A stretch of DNA of 63,943 nt, counting the filler, from Lama guanicoe (lineage: Eukaryota), in NCBI GenBank assembly GCA_013239625.1. It is 202 parts of 202 records of this genome, joined end to end, with 100 filler letters (N's around TTAATTAATTAA, not from the genome) between each part and the next. Parts side by side here need not be neighbours in the genome. Positions count along the whole stretch, not along the records: positions 12,997 to 13,213 come from PNXV01039125.1; positions 13,314 to 13,530 come from PNXV01039126.1; positions 13,631 to 13,847 come from PNXV01039127.1; positions 13,948 to 14,164 come from PNXV01039128.1; positions 14,265 to 14,481 come from PNXV01039129.1; positions 14,582 to 14,798 come from PNXV01039130.1; positions 14,899 to 15,115 come from PNXV01039131.1; positions 15,216 to 15,432 come from PNXV01039132.1; 194 more parts are not named here. One strand, written 5' to 3'. Each line of letters starts with the position of its first letter. The stretch's first letter is position 1. The notes beneath the pieces are model-generated. The model made no database searches. It was not told where the DNA came from and saw only the letters and a program-made list of their open reading frames with translations. Positions 12,897-25,574 of this stretch are shown here, piece by piece. The position numbers and the translations under genes were made by a program.

Positions 12897-12996
12897 NNNN
12901 NNNNNNNNNNNNNNNNNNNNNNNNNNNNNNNNNNNNNNNNTTAATTAATTAANNNNNNNNNNNNNNNNNNNNNNNNNNNNNNNNNNNNNNNNNNNN

Positions 12997-13213
12997 GGTG
13001 CTAATGGTGGTGGTGATGGTGGTGGTGATGGTGGTAGTGATGATAATGGTGATGATGATGGTAGTGGTGGTGGTGATGATTGTGATGGTGGTGATGGTAG
13101 TGGTGGTGATGGCAGGGAGATCATGGTGGTGGTGATGGTAGTGGTGGTGATGGCAGGAAGATTGTGGTGGTGGTGATGGTAGTGGTCACGGTGGAGGTGA
13201 CGGTGTTGATGAT
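12997..13213. repeat. Degenerate (GGT/GAT)n trinucleotide repeat
   Basis: Fills the whole contig. Confidence 0.95.
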
Positions 13214-13369
13214 NNNNNNNNNNNNNNNNNNNNNNNNNNNNNNNNNNNNNNNNNNNNTTAATTAATTAANNNNNNNNNNNNNNNNNNNNNNNNNNNNNNN
13301 NNNNNNNNNNNNNGTGGTTTTGCTTCACCTTTGATATTATAGCCCTTTTCCTGCCACTTAGGTATGAAT

Positions 13370-13480
13370 TACTTTGCATCCCTCATTCCTCACCTGTTAA
13401 TTGGGCATATTGCCTACCTTACAGGGTAGTTGTAAGAACCAAATAGAACGTCAAATGTATCTAGAATGCCGTAAGCACCA
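13370..13480 (+). mobile_element. MIR SINE fragment
   Basis: ttcctcacctgttaattggg...cctaccttacagggtagttgtaaga matches the MIR core. Confidence 0.65.
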
Positions 13481-15216
13481 ACTAGTGGCCGTAGGTGCTC
13501 CTGTTATTAAGTAAGAATATTTGATCTTCANNNNNNNNNNNNNNNNNNNNNNNNNNNNNNNNNNNNNNNNNNNNTTAATTAATTAANNNNNNNNNNNNNN
13601 NNNNNNNNNNNNNNNNNNNNNNNNNNNNNNTTTTAAAAAGAGGTCAGAAAACTAAAGATTAAATTTCTCAGATTCCATCGAAGCTGAGAGTCTGGAGGGA
13701 AATTACGGCTATCGTGTAAAAGCCGTCCTGCAGTATTTGGAGATCAGAATTCGGGCACAGTCCAAATTCCTGCTACTGCTTCTACTTTCAGAAAACTAAG
13801 AGCAGACAGAGGTAAATGTTTGTGGTGGCTCTTTTCCACTTTCCTCTNNNNNNNNNNNNNNNNNNNNNNNNNNNNNNNNNNNNNNNNNNNNTTAATTAAT
13901 TAANNNNNNNNNNNNNNNNNNNNNNNNNNNNNNNNNNNNNNNNNNNNTGGATTGATTTTGGCATTGTATAAAGCTGAGGCTAGAATTCTCTGTTGACGCA
14001 GATAGTCTTGGTTGAGTCTTTTCCTGTGAGCGCATGGTGCTGCTCTGGTTTGTGTAGGTATCTGGGCCAGCAGAGGCATCCCTGCCTAAAGAATCAATGT
14101 TGTGCGCCACAGTGTAGGCCCCGTCATCAGCAGCAACACACCATGTTGCCGTGAAGAGCAGTGTNNNNNNNNNNNNNNNNNNNNNNNNNNNNNNNNNNNN
14201 NNNNNNNNTTAATTAATTAANNNNNNNNNNNNNNNNNNNNNNNNNNNNNNNNNNNNNNNNNNNNAACCATCAGTTCATTCTTTTCTTATTAAAACCGCTG
14301 AGGCTGGGGGAACGCTCTTAAGACTTTCAAATTGCCTTAACATGACTATTTAACTCAAAGCCTCTCAACGAGGGTTGGGAGGCCTGTCAGAATGACCTCA
14401 GTGCCTTATCAGAACCCCAAAGGCATATCCAAACTGAGGGAAGAAGCCTGAACAAATGTATTTTAAAGAAAAAAAGACATTNNNNNNNNNNNNNNNNNNN
14501 NNNNNNNNNNNNNNNNNNNNNNNNNTTAATTAATTAANNNNNNNNNNNNNNNNNNNNNNNNNNNNNNNNNNNNNNNNNNNNAACATCCAACACATTTTCT
14601 GCAAAGCCTGCTCCACACATCCAGTTAAGCGCTTGGTGCCAGCCTCCCAGGGGCCCTGGGATCCAGAGGCAGTGCTGTGCTCTGAATTCCCAGCCCCTAC
14701 CCCCACCGGGGGAAGCAGTGTCTTCAAATGACGGTGACACGTGCATTGTTATCCAACCCAGCTGGATGACACCGATTTCTTTTACAGTGATCACTTCTNN
14801 NNNNNNNNNNNNNNNNNNNNNNNNNNNNNNNNNNNNNNNNNNTTAATTAATTAANNNNNNNNNNNNNNNNNNNNNNNNNNNNNNNNNNNNNNNNNNNNAG
14901 AAAACAAAACCATCCTCCAATCTTTTGAAGGAGCTGTAATTACCCTGATTCCCATAGAAGGAAGTAGCTCAGTGGGGCTAAATTACTGGCCTGAAATTAA
15001 AGAAATCTATATAATAAAACTGGGACTGGATTCTTCAGACAAGTCTTAAACTCTTATTCTTAACTGGGATAAGAGTCTTAACTCCATACTTTTTTGTTGC
15101 TTACAAAAATAATGANNNNNNNNNNNNNNNNNNNNNNNNNNNNNNNNNNNNNNNNNNNNTTAATTAATTAANNNNNNNNNNNNNNNNNNNNNNNNNNNNN
15201 NNNNNNNNNNNNNNNT

Positions 15217-15432
15217 TTCATTTTGGAACTGACTGAGAGTCTTCTGCGATTGGAATGGCATAGTAAAGGAAAGTACACATGCCTTGGTTGTTTAGTAGAG
15301 TACATAGGAATTGAACATATTTTGGCATTAGCTAAAACTGTTCCATCGCAAATCTTAGAGGTGATGGGGGATCAGTCATTGGTGCCTTATGCAAGTGACC
15401 TGTTGGAAACTATGTTTAAAAACCATAAGAGT
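15217..15432 (+). CDS. THADA: THADA (armadillo-repeat, Trm732 homolog) internal exon fragment
   Basis: FILELTESLLRLEWHSKGKYTCLGCLVEYIGIEHILALAKTVPSQILEVMGDQSLVPYASDLLETMFKNHKS closely matches recalled mammalian THADA and is open across the contig. Confidence 0.92.
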
Positions 15433-16189
15433 NNNNNNNNNNNNNNNNNNNNNNNNNNNNNNNNNNNNNNNNNNNNTTAATTAATTAANNNNNNNNNNNN
15501 NNNNNNNNNNNNNNNNNNNNNNNNNNNNNNNNTGACTTGAAAACAAGTGATCCACGAACCTGGGTCAGCGGCAGGGAGATGCGCAGCGACCTGGCAAGCT
15601 GGTCGATTTGCCCCCATCTCCCTCACAGCCTGTCCAGAGCTCGGCATCTGTTCCTCCAGGCATGGTACCCAGGTCAGCCTGCTCCTGAGTGGAGGGCGCG
15701 GTGTGGTCGAAGGCAGTGGCTGGTTATGTGGTCTGCCCATGGGTGCCTGNNNNNNNNNNNNNNNNNNNNNNNNNNNNNNNNNNNNNNNNNNNNTTAATTA
15801 ATTAANNNNNNNNNNNNNNNNNNNNNNNNNNNNNNNNNNNNNNNNNNNNTTTCTCTTCCAAATTTTACATGTAGTGAATGAAAAAGTAGGCCCACTGGAT
15901 AGCCCGTGTCTTTCGCTGGCATTTAGGATAAAAAGAAACCCAATAAATCATGTGTCGAGCAGTTCTACCCATATTGGGTTATGAGATCAGCGTGTAACTT
16001 TTACAGATAAATCACCCGGCAGACGTCACACGATCGATCTTGTTGAGAAAGTGAGAAAGCACTTCTNNNNNNNNNNNNNNNNNNNNNNNNNNNNNNNNNN
16101 NNNNNNNNNNTTAATTAATTAANNNNNNNNNNNNNNNNNNNNNNNNNNNNNNNNNNNNNNNNNNNNCTCTAACCTCATTTTCATTTTGT

Positions 16190-16375
16190 ATTCTCCTGAC
16201 TCATTACTTTCCAGCCCGATGGACCTCCTTCCTATTCCTCCACAATATACCTAAAACAGCCCTACCTTCTACCTGAAATTCTCTTCCAGATATCCATGAG
16301 GCTCACTTTTTCACTTCCTTCAAGTTTTTGTTCAAATGTCATCACCTCAGTGAGATGTCTTCTGACCAAAGCAAC
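16190..16375 (+). mobile_element. L2 LINE fragment
   Basis: ccagatatccatgaggctcac...ccttcaagtttttgttcaaatgtcatcacctcagtgag is typical of the L2a 3' region. Confidence 0.75.
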
Positions 16376-16800
16376 TTAAAACANNNNNNNNNNNNNNNNN
16401 NNNNNNNNNNNNNNNNNNNNNNNNNNNTTAATTAATTAANNNNNNNNNNNNNNNNNNNNNNNNNNNNNNNNNNNNNNNNNNNNGCCAACCCGTGAGCACT
16501 CAGGTGGATGCTCGGCGTATCGGGGTCGGAGGAAGTGGGGAATGAGGCCTGTGCGGCTTGGTGTGTGCAGGTTTCTGAGCGGCAACTCACACCCTCAAGA
16601 CTTCCCCGGCTGTTTCTGAAGCTGCAGGTGAGATCCGGCCTTGGTTCCCACGGCTTAAACACAGGCTGGCCCACCCTCCCACTCCCCATTGAAAAAATAT
16701 NNNNNNNNNNNNNNNNNNNNNNNNNNNNNNNNNNNNNNNNNNNNTTAATTAATTAANNNNNNNNNNNNNNNNNNNNNNNNNNNNNNNNNNNNNNNNNNNN

Positions 16801-17015
16801 TAGAATATAGAATACAGAATACTGAATATAGCATTTAGAACATAGAATGTGGAACACAGAATTTAAAATAGAGAATAAAGAATACTGAAAATAGTATTTA
16901 GAATATAGAATGTAGAACAAGAATATAGAAAATAGAATGCACAATATAGAACCCAGAATGTAGAATACGGAATTCAGAACACAGAATTTAGAATATAGAA
17001 TACAGAATACTGAAT
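16801..17015 (+). repeat. Degenerate (TAGAATA)n heptamer tandem repeat
   Basis: tagaata/tagaatg/cagaata units throughout. Confidence 0.9.
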
Positions 17016-17462
17016 NNNNNNNNNNNNNNNNNNNNNNNNNNNNNNNNNNNNNNNNNNNNTTAATTAATTAANNNNNNNNNNNNNNNNNNNNNNNNNNNNN
17101 NNNNNNNNNNNNNNNTCCTTATATTCTTGCACAAGGCTAGAACGGTGCAGCATGTTAGATATAGTCTTATTCTACTTACTGCTCCATTATATCTTTTATC
17201 TGATATTTGTATACATTAGAAAACATTGATTATTAAATACATACTTCTAACATTTATAATTGATTAATGAGCTGCCTGAGGGTATAATTCTAAAATTGAG
17301 CATCTGAGACTTGATCAAAACTTAGGAATACANNNNNNNNNNNNNNNNNNNNNNNNNNNNNNNNNNNNNNNNNNNNTTAATTAATTAANNNNNNNNNNNN
17401 NNNNNNNNNNNNNNNNNNNNNNNNNNNNNNNNTTCACAATTTGTTTGGTGGGCCAGAGATAC

Positions 17463-17649
17463 TGTTACTGAAGGCAAGTTCGCGTGCCCGCTGCACCGGG
17501 AGGCCAGACAAACTGAAGTGCCGGAGTCTGGAGCAGAGGCAGGTTTACTGCAGGGCTGAGCAAGGAGGACCGGGTGGCTCCTTGTGCCCAAGAAAACCCT
17601 GAGCTCCCCGAAGGGTTTCGGCAAAGCATATCTGAAGGCCAGATAAGGG
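17463..17649 (-). mobile_element. ERV LTR 3' part
   Basis: Begins TGTTAC (terminal ...AACA on the minus strand). Homologous to 41012-41107 (aaggca.gttcg.gtgcc.gctgcacc..gaggcca...tggagcagag..aggttta.tgcagg). Confidence 0.7.
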
Positions 17650-19651
17650 NNNNNNNNNNNNNNNNNNNNNNNNNNNNNNNNNNNNNNNNNNNNTTAATTA
17701 ATTAANNNNNNNNNNNNNNNNNNNNNNNNNNNNNNNNNNNNNNNNNNNNAAGGACATGGTGGGATGCCCACAGAAGGGGCACATCTCAGAGGCCACCTGC
17801 TCTACGGCTCCACCAGGCCTAAAGCCTACCCCGTCCTCCGGTTTGGTTAGAGTTTCAAATCTCCCCTCGTATGACATCTGTAGGAGCCACTGAAAGACAT
17901 TCTTTAAGCCCTCAGGAACTGCCTTTTCCTTTAAAGAAAGAAAATGAAATGGAATCCCAGATCACGNNNNNNNNNNNNNNNNNNNNNNNNNNNNNNNNNN
18001 NNNNNNNNNNTTAATTAATTAANNNNNNNNNNNNNNNNNNNNNNNNNNNNNNNNNNNNNNNNNNNNCCCACGTGCTCACCTCGCGTCCGAGCAAGGCACC
18101 CCAGTAACTGGTGCCGTCCATCACCTTCCCATCCATTCTTGACTCCCTGGGGGCTACATAGCTCTTGCCTCCAGCCAGCCCTCCCTGCTCAGCTTAGGGT
18201 TTTCCTCTTCTGCACTGGTATCTTTCCATTTTCCTCCCCATCCTTCAAGACTGAGACAAATACTGTTTCCAGGACAGTCCCTTNNNNNNNNNNNNNNNNN
18301 NNNNNNNNNNNNNNNNNNNNNNNNNNNTTAATTAATTAANNNNNNNNNNNNNNNNNNNNNNNNNNNNNNNNNNNNNNNNNNNNTATTTAGAGCATTTTTA
18401 TATTAAGAATATAAAAATTATATATATATATAATTTGGAGGTTCAGATGTGGTAATAATTTTGAATATCTGGTATACCTTTTCACACTGAAATCTTCAAT
18501 GTAAAGAAGCCACATTATTTGAACTCTTAGGATTGATTAATATCATTTTGGTTACTTGACTTTTTAATTTGCAGTTTGAATAACTTTGATCTTAAACATT
18601 NNNNNNNNNNNNNNNNNNNNNNNNNNNNNNNNNNNNNNNNNNNNTTAATTAATTAANNNNNNNNNNNNNNNNNNNNNNNNNNNNNNNNNNNNNNNNNNNN
18701 TTTGCTTGGACCAGATGTTCTCTTCCTGCCTTGGAGTGTGTTTGTCATAGTTCACGTGCCCATAAGGTTTCGTCGTGAGGACTAACGCTCTGAGCGTCCC
18801 TGAGTGGCCCACTGAGCCCACCCGTGGTCGGGTGCCCTGATCGTTAGCGTCATGTGGTAGTTTGTGCGGCCCCTGTTAAAGGGGGACCTTTGAAGTATTA
18901 ATGTGATTGCGTAAGTANNNNNNNNNNNNNNNNNNNNNNNNNNNNNNNNNNNNNNNNNNNNTTAATTAATTAANNNNNNNNNNNNNNNNNNNNNNNNNNN
19001 NNNNNNNNNNNNNNNNNAAAAAAAAAGAGCTTAAGGTTGATTTATTACACCAAAATGAAAGGAATTTTCACTTTAGATTTTAATCCCAAATGTACACTTT
19101 ATGGAATCATAGAACAAACAGTTCACAGAAGGGCCACGAAGAGCCGTGGGCGTCCAATCCCATGACCATTACTCCCCACACTCTGCCAAAACCTGGCCTC
19201 GTTTTAAAAAATGATTTCCAGAGCAAAGTTCACCNNNNNNNNNNNNNNNNNNNNNNNNNNNNNNNNNNNNNNNNNNNNTTAATTAATTAANNNNNNNNNN
19301 NNNNNNNNNNNNNNNNNNNNNNNNNNNNNNNNNNACTGGTCTACCAGCATCTCCCAGCACTGTTACCTCTTTTGCCCATTTCATTCTCAATGCTGTAGTC
19401 AATACTGTTGGGTAAATCCTATAGAGTCTTCTGTTGTGTATAGAGACTTGGTTCTTGGCGCAAGACTTGTTAGGAACCCTCAGGCATGGCTGCATCTCCT
19501 TCAGTGGTCTTATCTGCAGAATTCAGCTGCTGGAGCACCCAAGAATTCTGANNNNNNNNNNNNNNNNNNNNNNNNNNNNNNNNNNNNNNNNNNNNTTAAT
19601 TAATTAANNNNNNNNNNNNNNNNNNNNNNNNNNNNNNNNNNNNNNNNNNNN

Positions 19652-19868
19652 TACCACTTCTCCTTTATCCAGTCACCTGTTGATGGACATTTAGGCTGTT
19701 CCATATTTTGGCTATTGTAAATAGTGCTGCTATAAACATTGGGGTGCGAGTGTCATCCTGAAGTTGATTTCCTTCTGGATAAAAGCCCAGGAGTGAGTTA
19801 CTGGGTCATATGGTAAGTTTATTCCTAGTCTTTTCAGGAATCTCCACACTGTTTTCCATAGTGGCTGC
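19652..19868 (-). mobile_element. L1 ORF2 3' fragment
   Basis: gatggacatttaggctgttccata...gctattgtaaatagtgctgc...aatctccacactgttttccatagtggctgc. Confidence 0.92.
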
Positions 19869-20069
19869 NNNNNNNNNNNNNNNNNNNNNNNNNNNNNNNN
19901 NNNNNNNNNNNNTTAATTAATTAANNNNNNNNNNNNNNNNNNNNNNNNNNNNNNNNNNNNNNNNNNNNGCACCCTACACCTGACAATGTTACTTGTATTT
20001 CTTTTCTCAACATGGAATTTAGAGTTTCTAGCTTACACAAGAATTTTCCAAATTATGAGCCTCCACTTC

Positions 20070-20106
20070 AAATATATATATATATATATTTGAATAAAAT
20101 ATATAT

Positions 20107-20145
<39 letters not shown>

Positions 20146-20152
20146 TATATGA
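20070..20152. repeat. (TA)n/(CA)n microsatellite
   Basis: Directly visible. Confidence 0.9.
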
Positions 20153-20285
20153 CACATGTATTTTAACTGGTCCTTTACAAAATACNNNNNNNNNNNNNNN
20201 NNNNNNNNNNNNNNNNNNNNNNNNNNNNNTTAATTAATTAANNNNNNNNNNNNNNNNNNNNNNNNNNNNNNNNNNNNNNNNNNNN

Positions 20286-20502
20286 CCGCCCGCCTCGGGC
20301 TTCAAGAAGGCGCCGCGCTTCTGCTTGTCGGCCAGCAGCTCGCCGTACTGCGGCAGCGCGCCCAGGCCTACGTTCTCCATGACCTTGCCCAGCACCAGGG
20401 CCTTCTCGTCGGCCAGCGCCTTGGCCGCGCCGCCCACGCCGCCGCCCGCCCCCGCCACCCCGGCCACCACCCCGCCGCCGCCGTTCTCGCGGTTGCGGCT
20501 CA
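20286..20502 (-). CDS. BCL11B: BCL11B (CTIP2) zinc-finger transcription factor, fragment of the large GC-rich last exon
   Basis: [67 protein letters not shown] matches recalled BCL11B. The contig is CpG-rich. Confidence 0.93.
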
Positions 20503-20959
20503 NNNNNNNNNNNNNNNNNNNNNNNNNNNNNNNNNNNNNNNNNNNNTTAATTAATTAANNNNNNNNNNNNNNNNNNNNNNNNNNNNNNNNNNNNNNNNNN
20601 NNAGGCTCAGCCACGTGGTCTCAGATTCTCCCGGGACCCCAGATCAGAGATACCCCTGTGCTCTCTGTGAGTCAGCAGCCACCCATCCCTGAGCTTGGAT
20701 AAAAGGTCCAGGGAACCGGGAGCCCCAGGGAGGAAAACAAACATGAAAACCAGAACCACCACCTCGGTGGGGGGCTCCACGTCCTCCCAAGGACCCCCGG
20801 TCAGTTAATTCCCAGATTANNNNNNNNNNNNNNNNNNNNNNNNNNNNNNNNNNNNNNNNNNNNTTAATTAATTAANNNNNNNNNNNNNNNNNNNNNNNNN
20901 NNNNNNNNNNNNNNNNNNNGTAGCAAAAAAATTTAAAAGCCTAGTATATACCATGACAC

Positions 20960-21136
20960 TTTGCAACTAAAAATGAAACTTTCTCCTTTGATAGAGGTCA
21001 CTGAAGAATTCATAAGTCATGCAGGATGTCCCTTAGGCATCAGAAACAAGACAAGGTGCATACGACTTCCATTCTTGTTCAATACTGTATTGTTAATTTA
21101 TTTTCAGTGTAGTAAAACAAGCAAAATGAATGGCAA
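20960..21136 (+). mobile_element. Degraded L1 ORF2 RT fragment
   Basis: catcagaaacaagacaaggtgcatacgacttccattcttgttcaatactgtattg resembles the GTRQGCPLSPLLFNIVL region. Confidence 0.65.
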
Positions 21137-21236
21137 NNNNNNNNNNNNNNNNNNNNNNNNNNNNNNNNNNNNNNNNNNNNTTAATTAATTAANNNNNNNN
21201 NNNNNNNNNNNNNNNNNNNNNNNNNNNNNNNNNNNN

Positions 21237-21453
21237 ATATGAAAACCCCACAGCTAACATTATACTCTGTGCTTAAAGACTGACAGCTTCCCCCCTAAGT
21301 TTAGGAACAAGACAAGGATGCCCACCCTTGCCCCTTGTATCCACCCCAGTGCTGGAAGATCCAGCTGAAGCAACAAGGCAGGAAAAAGAAACGTAAGGCA
21401 TCCAAATGGAAAGGAAGAAGTAAAACTATCTCAGTTCACAGACAAATGATCTT
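21237..21453 (+). mobile_element. L1 ORF2 reverse transcriptase fragment (decayed)
   Basis: gaaaacccacagctaacattatactc...ggaacaagacaaggatgccca...ggaaaggaagaagtaaaactatctc. Confidence 0.9.
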
Positions 21454-21870
21454 NNNNNNNNNNNNNNNNNNNNNNNNNNNNNNNNNNNNNNNNNNNNTTA
21501 ATTAATTAANNNNNNNNNNNNNNNNNNNNNNNNNNNNNNNNNNNNNNNNNNNNGCTGCTGCCGAGAGGTGATCTGGTGTCAATGGTGAGACAAAGAATGT
21601 CCGCTGTGAAGCACATGCAATGATCGGGCACTTGTGAACAGATGATAGAACATGTGTGTGAACACAGGCCGCACCATTTTACAAGGATGAACTTAGACCA
21701 GGACACATACTGTGGGTCTCGGCAGGCAGGAAACTGGGGAGGCAGGGCCTTGGCCTACTGTCCCCAACACNNNNNNNNNNNNNNNNNNNNNNNNNNNNNN
21801 NNNNNNNNNNNNNNTTAATTAATTAANNNNNNNNNNNNNNNNNNNNNNNNNNNNNNNNNNNNNNNNNNNN

Positions 21871-21985
21871 GATATGGGTTGCGTGAAAATACCATGTCAC
21901 TTTATGTAAGGGCATTCCCAGATTTTGGTGGAGGGGGACGCCTTGAACCAACAAATCCCCAATACATTAGAGGGTAGCACTGACT
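21871..21985. mobile_element. MER2-like (TcMar-Tigger) fragment
   Basis: aaataccatgtcactttatgtaaggg...cagattttggt...ccttgaaccaa...atcccc...gagggtagcactg. Confidence 0.55.
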
Positions 21986-23772
21986 AATTCCTAATCGGGG
22001 TTATTTTGTATTTTAAAATTCTTGTTACAGGATTATAGGAGTTTTCAGAAAAGACTCAAAAATTTTAGACCGTGACCCCTCTGAATTNNNNNNNNNNNNN
22101 NNNNNNNNNNNNNNNNNNNNNNNNNNNNNNNTTAATTAATTAANNNNNNNNNNNNNNNNNNNNNNNNNNNNNNNNNNNNNNNNNNNNCGTTGCTGTCAGC
22201 ACTGCTTCAGAGATGACGCTGTGTGTGTCCCATCACGTTACATCAGGAGCCCCTGTGAAGTCCCGTTATCCCTTTATTGGTGATGCTGACGTGGAGTGGT
22301 TGGTGATATCCTCCAGGTTTCTCTGTTCTAGAGGCAATTCTGCAAAGGTAATTTGTAAGTGATTTGGAAGGTAGTGTTTCAGACCGATGTCTACCCGGTT
22401 TTCCNNNNNNNNNNNNNNNNNNNNNNNNNNNNNNNNNNNNNNNNNNNNTTAATTAATTAANNNNNNNNNNNNNNNNNNNNNNNNNNNNNNNNNNNNNNNN
22501 NNNNGGGTTCTACCCACTGCTACCAGCTCTCGGGGAAATTGTCTATGTCCTTCCTGCTTTTGACTCTCTTGAAAGCCACTCTGGATGGTGAGAGTGCAGC
22601 ATCTTTGGTGGTTGTTCAATAATGCCAGAGATGGTTACTCTTTGTCCCTCTCAGAAATAGAGAAATGAATCCAAATGTTTTCCAGGTTCACATGATTTAG
22701 GATAATTTTCAGGAAAAAAAANNNNNNNNNNNNNNNNNNNNNNNNNNNNNNNNNNNNNNNNNNNNTTAATTAATTAANNNNNNNNNNNNNNNNNNNNNNN
22801 NNNNNNNNNNNNNNNNNNNNNACTGTGGGCGGCTGGTGCAGGGCCCCTCCATCCTGACCTGTCCCGTCCTGCTGGCCGGGAAGGCCCTGGGAGAGCCGCC
22901 CTTCAACAGAGATCCAGGGGCGGGGGGCCCAGGAGAGGCGGGGGGCTTGGGAGAAGACAGGGCCAGGCCGCCTTTGTATAGAGACCCCAGAGCCCAGCTC
23001 CGGTTTGAGGGGCTCTCTCCCGGCTCTCCTTGTCTCTCNNNNNNNNNNNNNNNNNNNNNNNNNNNNNNNNNNNNNNNNNNNNTTAATTAATTAANNNNNN
23101 NNNNNNNNNNNNNNNNNNNNNNNNNNNNNNNNNNNNNNTTGTGTATCTGGGAATCCCAAGAAACCTCAGTGCTCTAAGTTGGATACCAAGACATCGTCCC
23201 ACTAAGCACATAAAGTGATGAGGACAGTAAGCAGTTCCCTTCCATGAACTGCAGTCACTCCATCCAGGCGGTGGCAACAGGACATGTCAATGAGTCACAA
23301 CCTGATCTAGATACGAGTTGGGACCTCAGTGTTGCCTGCTTGTCAACAGAGACACNNNNNNNNNNNNNNNNNNNNNNNNNNNNNNNNNNNNNNNNNNNNT
23401 TAATTAATTAANNNNNNNNNNNNNNNNNNNNNNNNNNNNNNNNNNNNNNNNNNNNCCCCCCCACCCCCTCCCATGGTGCAAGTTCACAGTGAACCTTCCC
23501 TCAGGAAGCAGGGCATGGGCTGCTTGGGAAGAGCCAAGGGACAGAGGGAGAGAGACACTGGCCCAGGCTGCAGCCACCTTGGGGCAGCAGCACTGAGGGC
23601 GCTTGAGGGCAGCTTGGAGGGGACAGGAGGCCAGCTGGGGCTCCCTCCCTGGGCCTTTCCAAGCCCCCCCCCNNNNNNNNNNNNNNNNNNNNNNNNNNNN
23701 NNNNNNNNNNNNNNNNTTAATTAATTAANNNNNNNNNNNNNNNNNNNNNNNNNNNNNNNNNNNNNNNNNNNN

Positions 23773-23989
23773 CAAGCCAGGAAACAGCCTAACTGAGCCG
23801 CACACGCGTTGAAGGAGATCATATTCTGTTGGTACAAGAAGTTCCCCAGCATCTTGGGTGTGACGACAGAAGCATAACAGAAATCAACAATGGCCAGGTT
23901 GCTAAGAAAGAAGTACATTGGTGTGTGGAGTCTCGCATCTGTTCTAATGACCAGGATCAGACCCAGGTTGCCTACTACTGTGAAGAGGT
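23773..23989 (-). CDS. Class II olfactory receptor fragment (TM1-TM3), OR8U-like
   Basis: [71 protein letters not shown] carries the canonical GN and [12 protein letters not shown] motifs. [21 protein letters not shown] resembles OR8U1. Confidence 0.95.
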
Positions 23990-25399
23990 NNNNNNNNNNN
24001 NNNNNNNNNNNNNNNNNNNNNNNNNNNNNNNNNTTAATTAATTAANNNNNNNNNNNNNNNNNNNNNNNNNNNNNNNNNNNNNNNNNNNNATCCACCACAG
24101 GGGCTGAGATGGGAAGGACCAGTTTCTGGTCTCTCTTCTGGAGCGCTCATATGTGAATTAGCTCAATCCACGTGAGACAATGACAGACGGAACTGTGAGG
24201 TTCCAAAGCCGATCACAGTATAACATGTCACCAGGGGCAGCAGAAGAGAGCCCAGGCAGGTGCCAAGAGAAACTTTCCTCCAGCTATTCATGCTCCAAAG
24301 TTTCATNNNNNNNNNNNNNNNNNNNNNNNNNNNNNNNNNNNNNNNNNNNNTTAATTAATTAANNNNNNNNNNNNNNNNNNNNNNNNNNNNNNNNNNNNNN
24401 NNNNNNTGCTGCATTAAAAATGCTCAATATAAAATGCATATATTCCAGCTTGCTTGTTTAAGAGAAAATATTTTTAATAGTTTGATTTTAACCTGTATGA
24501 GTCAGCTTATACTGATTATACAAGAGGGCTATGTTTTTACTATAAATATAAAGACAGTGATTAAGTAAGCTAGAAACTAGAAACAGAAAAATGTTAAGTT
24601 TAATATGAAGTATAATTCTGTTCNNNNNNNNNNNNNNNNNNNNNNNNNNNNNNNNNNNNNNNNNNNNTTAATTAATTAANNNNNNNNNNNNNNNNNNNNN
24701 NNNNNNNNNNNNNNNNNNNNNNNTACTTATTTTAAATCATCCCATTGTATACTTTTTGTACCTTGCAATTTGGTTTATCAACTGTACCTCAATCAAGCTG
24801 AAAAAAAAAACAAATGCGACTATTTTTCTCCCCTTCTACTATTCCAGCTCTTCCCGATACTAACTCTACCCATGTTTCTCCCACACAGGAGGGTGTTACG
24901 GAACCGGGAACTAGGAGCAGGAGAAAGCATGTGGTGGAATNNNNNNNNNNNNNNNNNNNNNNNNNNNNNNNNNNNNNNNNNNNNTTAATTAATTAANNNN
25001 NNNNNNNNNNNNNNNNNNNNNNNNNNNNNNNNNNNNNNNNAAAAAAAAACAAAAGAAAATCAGTGAGATTTTTTTTAATAGTCAGAGATTACATACTATT
25101 CATTTTTAACCTTCAAATCATATATTCGTTCTATTTGTCCCAAAAGTTTTTATTCATGTATTAATACTATATTTTATGTAAGTTTCTACAACAAAAATTT
25201 GTACATACATTTATTTTTAAATTTTAAGTAACACAATCCTCTATTAAATAATTTCTTNNNNNNNNNNNNNNNNNNNNNNNNNNNNNNNNNNNNNNNNNNN
25301 NTTAATTAATTAANNNNNNNNNNNNNNNNNNNNNNNNNNNNNNNNNNNNNNNNNNNNTTCAAAGCTAGAGTTATCAAGTGAATTATAAGCAGAAAGTAC

Positions 25400-25574
25400 T
25401 GGGTAAGGCTTCTGGGAAATATCACTAAATGGGGCTGGCTCGACTTGCCCCTCATCTTGCTTGGCTCATAGATGAGACTGTCAGAACTCCAGCTGCCATG
25501 CTGTGCCCTAGAGGATGGAGGGCATGCACCAAGAATTACAGAGCAGAAAGACAGAAAGAGCCTCAGGGAGCTGC
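25400..25574. mobile_element. Old MLT1 (J/K-like) LTR fragment
   Basis: actccagctgccatgctgtgccctagagg...agagcagaaagacagaaagagcct. Confidence 0.55.

Noticed and set aside
13948..14164. Fully open minus-strand frame
   Set aside because: No recognisable protein features or splice signals. A few open 72-codon frames are expected by chance among ~1200 frames.
19335..19551. Coding-like minus frame (QNSWVLQQLNSADKTTEGDAAMPEGS*...)
   Set aside because: Three stops and no recognisable homolog.
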